NCBI RefSeq assembly: GCF_001194135.2
Contig: NC_068981.1
Location: forward strand, 20,407,580-20,471,579
Direction: 5' to 3'
DNA length: 64,000 nt
Source: Octopus bimaculoides
Lineage: Eukaryota
The notes beneath the pieces are model-generated. The model saw nothing but the letters and a program-made list of their open reading frames with translations. It was not told the origin of the DNA and did not search any database. Numbering within the stretch: the first letter of the stretch is position 1; each line of letters opens with the position of its first letter. The position numbers and the translations under genes are program-made. Positions 54,826-64,000 of the stretch are shown here, piece by piece.

Positions 54826-55208
54826 GCATCTCCATACCAGCCATTGATGAAATGAGTAAATTCCTCATTATTACTACCTGCACGTTTGGCTTTGTCTTCC
54901 TCTGTCTTGTGATCTTCATGTACCTTCAGTACCAGCGTCAGCAACGGAAAGCAAGTAATCTCAAAGCAGCACCAACCCCAAGGAATACAACAACAAGTGT
55001 GTATGTTGCTCCTCCTCCATTCCCCCGTGTCAAGCCAGTGAATGGCAGTTTTGAGACTCGAGACTACATGTACGTTCATGAGTATGAAGACATAGAGAAT
55101 GCTTCCCAGGTATCAAAGATGCCAAACCCCAATATAGATGCACTTTATCGAATTCCGCCACATATGCAGCGAAGACTGGCTTCCACAGAAAATATCTATG
55201 ATGACTGA
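54826..55208 (+). CDS. Exon Q (terminal): transmembrane helix and Tyr-rich cytoplasmic tail
   Basis: ctttcag| phase 1. CISIPAIDEMSK-FLIITTCTFGFVFLCLVIFMYL-QYQRQQRKASNL...STENIYDD*. A ~22-residue hydrophobic run is followed by basic residues. Confidence 0.92.
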
Positions 55209-55288
55209 AGAATTTAACCATGCTCATTTGCATATACATCCATACCTAACAATTTGAATAATTGTATACACACACATTCACATATATA

Positions 55289-55347
<59 letters not shown>

Positions 55348-55538
55348 TCATATATATATAGACATATGTGCACATAAGCATTACACACAGACAGACATAT
55401 GCATACACTCACATACACACATATACATATATGCCTATGGAAAAGATTTATTATGAAATAATGAAATGGAGTGATGATTGGAGCAAAGAATCTTTCGGAA
55501 AACTTGTATATTGTTTGTGGCCTTCCGCTGGCAATCAT

Positions 55539-55544
55539 AATAAA
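55539..55544 (+). terminator. Candidate polyadenylation signal AATAAA of the receptor gene
   Basis: First AATAAA about 330 nt after the stop, followed by GT-rich sequence. Unverified; such hexamers are common here. Confidence 0.3.
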
Positions 55545-55906
55545 AATGCTGTTTAATGTCTGGTATGGGACAGTGCTTGTCAGTATGTGTGCGTGTGTGT
55601 GTGTTCGCGTGCATGCATGTGTGTGCGTATACACGTGTGTGTGTGTGTGTATGATTATAAAAGGATGTACTTGGCTTCAAGGAGTACTACTGCATTAAAG
55701 CTTCACCTCTTCTACAAGAATTACTCTTTCTTCTCATCTCTTTGCCATGAGTGGAGTCTGAAGGAATTAGGAAAAGGAAAAGACTCAATGTGGACAACAA
55801 CAAAAAAAAGAAACAAAAAAAGAAAATTCAAGAACATTTTTATCCTAACCTATTTTAATTATTGAGATATCTTCTCTCTCTCTATCCCTCTCTCTCTCTT
55901 TGTCCC

Positions 55907-55986
<80 letters not shown>

Positions 55987-56518
55987 GTTGCCTTAATGTG
56001 TCTCCCTTTTATCAACTCTCTTTTACTGTCCAGTTATTCTCTATTTTCACATTACTTACCAAACTGTTCTTCCCTGTAGACATATTCCCTCCTACAGTTT
56101 GGTCAGTATGTTTAGCACTCCCCTCACCCCTCAGCCTATCAAACATCTATATAATTATACCCACCCTCCTACCTAATTATCTATTGATTTCTTACCTAAA
56201 TAGATAACTTGTTAATTAAAATAAACAATAACAATTAAAATGACAATTTGGTAGATATTTATAATAGACACAGTTGAGGGAAGAGGTGGAGACACACCTA
56301 GGTTATTTATAGATACTGTTGGGGAGGAGGTGGGAACATACCCAGGTTGTTCTTACAAAATGTGGATTACAAAATATCTTTATATATACATACATACACA
56401 CACACTCACACCTAGGTACATACACACAGATAAGTGTGCATGTATATATATTCACACACACATATATATACACATACACACACACACACATATATATATA
56501 TGTATGTATATATATATG

Positions 56519-56573
<55 letters not shown>

Positions 56574-57150
56574 NNNNNNNNNNNNNNNNNNNNNNNNNNN
56601 NNNNNNNNNNNNNNNNNNNNNNNNNNNNNNNNNNNNNNNNNNNNNNNNNNNNNNNNNNNNNNNNNNNNNNNNNNNNNNNNNNNNNNNNNNNNNNNNNNNN
56701 NNNNNNNNNNNNNNNNNNNNNNNNNNNNNNNNNNNNNNNNNNNNNNNNNNNNNNNNNNNNNNNNNNNNNNNNNNNNNNNNNNNNNNNNNNNNNNNNNNNN
56801 NNNNNNNNNNNNNNNNNNNNNNNNNNNNNNNNNNNNNNNNNNNNNNNNNNNNNNNNNNNNNNNNNNNNNNNNNNNNNNNNNNNNNNNNNNNNNNNNNNNN
56901 NNNNNNNNNNNNNNNNNNNNNNNNNNNNNNNNNNNNNNNNNNNNNNNNNNNNNNNNNNNNNNNNNNNNNNNNNNNNNNTGTGTGTGTGTGTGTGTGTGCA
57001 TAATAGAATTTAACAACATTAACAAAATGTCTGTAAAAGTATTTGTGGTCAAAGCAAGAAATATCTCAACTTGAATCAATATAATTTAGGGATTGGCCTC
57101 CCTCACTTTAAGAAGATATATACATGTCTATATGTATATGTGTGTGTGAG

Positions 57151-57181
<31 letters not shown>

Positions 57182-57307
57182 CTGTACTTCATGAGTCAAC
57201 ATAATTTAAGGACTGGTCTCCCTCATTCCAAGGAGATGCATACATGTGTGTGTGTTTATGTATAATACACACACATCCTCACGCATATATGTACACGCAT
57301 ACATAAA

Positions 57308-57738
57308 TATATATTAAAGCAAAAACTGGACAATTTGGTATATTTTTAATTCCATGTTACACATATTTCATTACAGTAGGAAATATACTATGAATATAAA
57401 ATTATTGTTAATCATAACAACGACAATATTATAAATATGATAAATTCATGATAGTTATATACATGTAAAGAACATGTATAAGATTTCTAAAACTCTTATT
57501 CCCCAGACAAAGATTCAAAAATAAAATCTATTTGTGTCTGAGGAATAACTGTTTAGGAAATCCTATACATGTTCTTTACATATATATATAACTATTATGA
57601 ATTTATCATATTTATAATATTATTATCATTCTGATTAATAATAGTTTTATATCCATAGTGTATTTCCTACACATGCAATGAAATACATGTAACATGGAAT
57701 TAAAAATATACCAAATTTTCCAGTTTGTTTAATATATA
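57308..57738. repeat. 431-bp fold-back palindrome (MITE-like)
   Basis: tatatattaaa..aaaactggacaatttggtatatttttaattccatgttac... is mirrored by ...gtaacatggaattaaaaatataccaaattttccagtttg.tttaatatata. Complementarity continues to the centre near 57520. Confidence 0.9.
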
Positions 57739-57893
57739 CTTACTCTGCAAATATTATTACTCACCAGGATTTTCAACTAGCATGTATGCCTCTTTCATTT
57801 AAAATAAAACATCTGCATACATTCATTTGACTACTGGAATGTGCAGATGTGCTTCACAGGGACACAGCTTAGATTATACTCCGCTTCTATACA

Positions 57894-57944
<51 letters not shown>

Positions 57945-58154
57945 TAACTGTACTTTGTGAGTCAACATAATCTAGGAGTTGGCCCCTCTCACTTTAAGGA
58001 GACATACAACCATACAATTCTGTATAGTTGAACTTTATTATAACCTGAATCACTTCAGTCACCTTCCATATATAATATTTTTGATGAACAATAGCTTTCC
58101 TTACATTTCTGTGAGCCTCTGAGAGGTGTTTTTTTTTCTTTTCTTTTTTTTTTT

Positions 58155-58960
58155 TGACTGCTGTCTTCTTAGATTAGCCTCTTTAGAATATTGTGTCTTT
58201 GGACCATTGTCTCCTAAATCACAGTCTCTTCAGAACACTTTCTTTAAACTACTTTCTTTTTAGACCACTGACTCCCTTAGACCAAAATTTTTTTAGTACA
58301 CAGTTTTTTTAAGCTATTGTCCACTGTGTCATTAGAACAATGTGTTCTTTGGCCACTGTCTCTTTAGAGCACTGTCTTTTCAGGATACTTCTCTTTAGAC
58401 TGTTGTCTCTTTAACCCACTATACCTTAGCCCAATGTCTCCTTAAACCTCTATTTCTTTAGAACTGTATCGTCTTAGACTAATGTTTACTTAGACCACTG
58501 TCTCTTTGACTACAATCTCATCAACAGAATACTGTTTTAGGCTTCTGTCTCTTTAAACTATTTCTTCATAGATTACTGTTTCATTAGACCACTGTATCTA
58601 TAGACAATGGGCTTTTTAGACCATAGTCATCTAAGATCACTGTCTCTTTATAACATTTTTTATTTAGACCACTGTCTCTTTAAACTACTGTCCTTAAGGC
58701 CACATTCCCTTTAAGTTTCTTTAGATCACTGTCTCATTAGATTAATGTTCCTTAGACTACTGTCCCTCAGACAACTGTTTCTTTTCACCACTATCTCATT
58801 AGACTACTCTCTTTCTAGACTGTTTCCCTTTTTCTTTTAACTATTGCCTCTTTAGACCACTGTCTCACCAGACAAACTGTCTCCTTTAGACCAAAGTTTT
58901 CATTAGACCACTCTTTCTTTTAACCATTGCCTCTTTATATTGACGTCTCTTTTGACTATT
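58155..58960. repeat. Degenerate ~16-17-bp minisatellite (ttagaccactgtctct)
   Basis: Dozens of variants of ttagaccactgtctct(t) over about 800 bp. Confidence 0.8.
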
Positions 58961-59721
58961 CACTCCCACCTGCAAAATCATAATGAAAATATTCCAAATT
59001 GAATTTCTGACCATTGAGCTATTTGCAATCCTAGTCTATATATTGGTCCACTGTGTCTGTAAATGTGTTGGCACCACCATCAAAGTGTATGTTGGTGTCA
59101 CTACAGTATCTCTGTTACTTAATGTTATTTAAAAGAGCCATTGTCTTCTAAGTGAGTTCCAATCCAGTTGCAGTATTGTCATTTGGTCTCCAGTATTGCA
59201 ATATAATGGCTGTGTCTTTATAAACATCTCAATACAATCTGAATAGTACAGATGTGATAAGGTTTCCACTGCCTGTAAATATGTATGCATGGTTTTAGGT
59301 TCAGCCTAGCTCTGTGAATGTCTGCTCTTTTAATTCAATAAAGCTTGTCTGGGTTTGGGTTTTTTTTTCTTTGTCTTCACCTTTTACTTCTGAACAAAGA
59401 AGGTCTGGGTATGTAAGTGATGGCCATCTAATTGTGTTGACATATTGGCACAACATTGTAGCATTACTAAATAACTATCATAAACTGAAGTGTTTGTTCA
59501 CACATACTTATACATCTGTATAGCATACATACTACACCTTAACAAAGTTTATTGATAACACAAGCATCTTAGGTTTTACTTGTTGCTACTACACAGTTGT
59601 TAATGTGCAAAACAGTTACATGTAAATAAGGCATCAGAACTTTTAAATGAACAAAACGTACTACATTACCGCACATAGAGATATACACATATATACATAC
59701 ATAAATACATACATACATATT

Positions 59722-59768
<47 letters not shown>

Positions 59769-60540
59769 TCATGCACACATACATATATGTATGCATTTAT
59801 GTATGTATACATGAATGTATGGGCTTCTTTTGAATAACTCGTACCAGTTACACAGGTGTACTACTATGTGTCAAATCAAAAGCAGGCAGTTCTCACCCAA
59901 CCCCACACCAAATATCAGTACAAGACAATAACTGACTGATTCCAAAGTGGGAAACCTTCAGCTTCTGTTGATTTCTATCAATGCTATATATATATATGTA
60001 TAGAATGTGATTTTGTCACAAAAAAAGAATAACATATAAAAACCAGATTAAAAACCATTCTTCCTGATCTTCCAGCCCCCCCAATCACACACAAACTAAC
60101 CCTTTAACATTGGACCTCTTATTTCTTCCAAATATATTTTTTATTTTGTTTTTTGTTTTTGTTTTAAGCTACTTCTGTTTATAACCTTCTGACCACACTC
60201 ATGCATACACACACACACAACATACAACACAGATGCACACACATGCACCACCTTCGTATGACATGGAAAGACTAGAAAACATTTCAAAAAGTGTTCAAGT
60301 TCCAGAGGTGGTGGTGGTGGTGGTGGTGGTGGTGGTGTGATGTTGCTGGTATGGTCAGTGTTGTCAACTGAAACAGATCAATGGTATAACATGGTGGTGA
60401 GGGTGGGGTGTTTTTGTCCAAAGCTGTAACCAAACAGGATTGCTGAATTTTCTCTTGTCATCCTTATTTGTTTGCTAAATCTTGTCTCATCATCTCATCA
60501 TCATCATCATCTTGGTATATCTGTGACAACAACGGTATGA

Positions 60541-60575
<35 letters not shown>

Positions 60576-60972
60576 CAATGATGATACTACTACTACTATT
60601 ACTAATAATCATAATCATTGTTGCTGTTCTTGTTATCTTTTTATCCTTTTACTAGTTGCAGTCATTGGACTGTGGTCATGTTGTTCATTTATTTGTCAAT
60701 TTTTAAATGTCAGCCAATATATTCATCTGTTTTCATTCTATGACTTAGCAAAAATCAAATTCTGCCTTTTGTAACATTTTCGTTAAAGCCATTTCAATAC
60801 TCTACACTTTATGATTTGTACATTTTCTAATTTTTTATTATTTTTTTTTTTAACTGGATACACATTTTTCCCCACTAATTATTTATTCTGAAACTATTCT
60901 TGTGGCACTACAATTTTTTTGTTTATATATATGTCTCACTCTCTCTCTCTCTCTCTCTCTCCGTGTGTCTGT

Positions 60973-61039
<67 letters not shown>

Positions 61040-61280
61040 GGAATAGGTGAATGTAAAATAAGCTTAGTGTAGATAACACTGTAGTGACCAAATGGATAGG
61101 AACTTAAACTCCAACTTTTTTATCCAGGGCCAGTGCCCTGGCATTAAAAGTTAGCTATAAGAACAATCCTTACTGAGCTGTTATGGAAATAGTATGGTAG
61201 ATAAACACAGTTAGGCTTGAGACATATATATGTATATAAAGTACAAAATAAAGAAAAACAAAACAAAACAGAAAAGAAGG

Positions 61281-61543
61281 ATTATGTAAAGTCTTATCTC
61301 AACAGCTGTTTCAAGTCAACCATAACTTATATAATAACCATATTTGTAAGTAATATATGCATGATGTGATAGGTATGCATCCAGTAACAATTCTCTAAGA
61401 AATTGTTATGCCTAACTTACCTGGAGAATTTCATCAGACTTGCCACTGGACATACATCTTCATGCACATATTATTTATGAATATGGTTATTGCATAAGTT
61501 ACAACTATCTTGAAACAACTGTTGAGATAAGACTTTACGTAAT
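61281..61543. repeat. Inverted repeat, ~84-bp arms with ~95-bp spacer
   Basis: attatgtaaagtcttatctcaacagctgtttcaag...taatatatgcatga (61281-61364) versus tcatgcacatatta...cttgaaacaactgttgagataagactttacgtaat (61460-61543). Confidence 0.88.
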
Positions 61544-61648
61544 TTTTCTCTTCCGTTCTGTTTTCTTTATTTTGTAGTCTGCATATTGTGCTTCATATAA
61601 ATATGTGTCAAGCCTGTGTTTATCTACCTTACTACACACACATACACA

Positions 61649-61691
<43 letters not shown>

Positions 61692-62303
61692 GTCCGTTTA
61701 TAATCATGAAAAATTGAATGCCACCATTCTAAATGCAGTTTCTATGAGTTCTACTTGATTATTAATGAATATTTTGCCAGTGGTTCCACCCGTCAACCTG
61801 GTTATTAGTACTTGAATTCAAGTTCTACATCCCTAAATTTCTCTCATGGCCCAGTCCCAAGTATAACCAGGTAATCACAAGGGATTTATGTGTAAACAGG
61901 AAAAATATATATCTATGTAGTTTATATGAAACAAAAAACAAAACTATTGGTTTTATCCAGATACTGTTTCCTTCCAACAATGAATTTTTATTCACCTCTG
62001 ACTCTTCCCCCCCCCCTTAATACTACAACAGCACAGAACAAATATACAAATGCAAACACTATACCATAGATATAGATGGCACGTTAGCTTGTCTCACAAC
62101 TCCTATACTGCCTTCACTCACTGACTTTCACCGGGGATTAAACCATGGCTATTGTTACTGATATTGTCACTTCCAGTAGTCACTAATCAAATTACACAAT
62201 CTACATTTATTGTGCTACTGTTTTATGAGAATGCTGTCATGTATTGCCTCATCTAGAGCCAATTATATGCTACTGCTGATTTAGAATTTCTGTCTACAAT
62301 CAC

Positions 62304-62411
62304 CTTATGCCTTCCAATTCCATTATCTCTGCTATCATATCATGCTGTTTCAAATATATGTACATCATCTGTTTGCATCCAGATGATCCCAGACTGTCTC
62401 CTAATTTACCA
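62304..62411 (-). CDS. Candidate second exon of the convergent gene
   Basis: tttttctataccatggtccag| ... ATAAG|gtgatt, 108 nt, phase 2-2, GKLGDSLGSSGCKQMMYIYLKQHDMIAEIMELEGI. Phase-compatible with 63493-63660. Confidence 0.3.
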
Positions 62412-63492
62412 CTGGACCATGGTATAGAAAAAGATAACGTGGTAACTGCTGCTCACGCACACAAACATTATACATACATGCATACATACATACAGATATA
62501 TACATGCAAATGAATTAATATTTATCTTTTGTTCTTTTCATTTAACATCTGTTTTTTTATGCTGGCATGATTTAAACAGAAGTAAAGATATATACTTATA
62601 TATATAATATATACCTATGGATCACACTCATGACTAAAGAATTCTTGGATACATCCACTATACACAAACACACACATGCATACATACATACATACATACA
62701 TACACATGTTTACATTTAGACAAAACATTCATCAGATATAAAAGACATAAAAGGCCAACACTCATATTCTTTATATGAATGATAATGATATACATTGCTG
62801 TCTCTTTAAATGTAAACATATTTGGTAAAGTGAATTGGTGCTTAACCATGAATAATTGTTGGTTAATCACCAAAATAACATTTAAATGTAAATACATGCA
62901 TACATACATACATATATATATATATGTATAGTTTTATATGTGTATCTATATGTGTGTGTGTAATATATATTTATATGTGTATCTATATATGTGTGTGTAT
63001 ATATGTAATTATATATATACATACACACAAATTCAGAACTCTATGGAACTATATATAGTGCAATACCATCATGGTACCTATGAGGTTTCATGCTAGAGAC
63101 TTTTAAATTGGCCCTTAGCCTAGTACTGATATAATGACACATTTAGATAGTTTTCATCTTTATCCTGTTCCCCAACAGTTATGCACCAAAGTCTTAAGTC
63201 ACTGTAGAGCATAAGGTTCTAATTGTGCCTCTTTACAGCTTTCAATTACTATTGAAGTTAAGATGTAGGTCTACAGCAATATGATAATATCATGAAATAC
63301 ATTATTTTCCAATAGTTTTACACACACACACACATATATTTATATATATTATTTCTTTTATGCATTTCAGCCTCATGGCTACAGTCATGCTGGAGCACCA
63401 CTGTGACTATATAACCTTCCCACATCCCTCATATGTGGTTGATTTCTTCTGGGTGGTGAGTTTCATATCACGACCCTTGCATATGCTTTTAC

Positions 63493-63660
63493 CTAGTCGT
63501 TGGCTTATTTGGTGTATGAGGGAGTTTGACACTGCCAACCTTGTCTGTCTCATGCCTGGATGTTGGTTTATCTGGCATTGTGGATAGGGGAATGTCTGGT
63601 TCCTTTTTGAAGACTTCCACATCTACATTGTTTAGGTTTCTTAATTCTTTTAGCAGTGCA
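63493..63660 (-). CDS. Candidate internal exon of a convergent minus-strand gene (unknown product)
   Basis: tatag| ... ACTAG|gtaaaa, 168 nt, phase 2-2, open frame ALLKELRNLNNVDVEVFKKEPDIPLSTMPDKPTSRHETDKVGSVKLPHTPNKPTT. No recognised homology. Confidence 0.38.
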
Positions 63661-63757
63661 CTATACATACATGTATATATTTATATATGTGTATGTGTGT
63701 ATGTATATACATGTATAGATACTTTATTTATGTATACATACATTACATATATATATA

Positions 63758-63829
<72 letters not shown>

Positions 63830-63950
63830 ATAGTTTTTGTATATCAACTTGTCTAACTTGCTTATCTTTACATTTACTCCTCTACCTGCTCAAATTTAAA
63901 TCTCTTGAGCACTACGAAGTGTATTCTATATGGAGAATATCTGCCTCATC

Positions 63951-63984
<34 letters not shown>

Positions 63985-64000
63985 ATACATATATACAATA

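Noticed and set aside
55080-55160. NPNIDALY as an NPxY motif
   Set aside because: The residue at +3 is Ile, not Tyr, so it does not match NPxY.

Overview
AT-rich animal genomic DNA, dense in microsatellites and SINEs, with several N gaps. The repeat families look like those of coleoid cephalopods, probably Octopus (inference). The window is dominated by the 3' part of one + strand gene. I reconstructed 17 GT-AG exons by hand (1188..55208; 3396 nt, about 1131 aa plus stop) and every splice phase is compatible; the 5' end lies upstream of the window. The product is a type I membrane protein: [end of YWTD propeller]-EGF-YWTD propeller-EGF-EGF/Eph-like Cys-rich-Thr-rich mucin stalk-HYR-HYR-sushi-linker with RYKR furin-like site-Eph-receptor-like Cys repeat-TM-Tyr-rich tail without NPxY. 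It appears to be an LRP-type propeller ectodomain fused to a block colinear with the N-terminal part of SVEP1/polydom. The introns hold RTE, CR1-like and Dong/R4-like LINE fragments, Tc1/mariner and Tigger-like elements, tRNA-derived SINEs, long palindromes and minisatellites. They also hold a GAPDH retrocopy fused head-to-head to a Dong/R4 fragment between (TAA)n arrays, and a tight cluster of RFX X-box motifs. Weak evidence suggests a convergent minus-strand gene at the right end. All homology calls come from motif recognition, not database searches.
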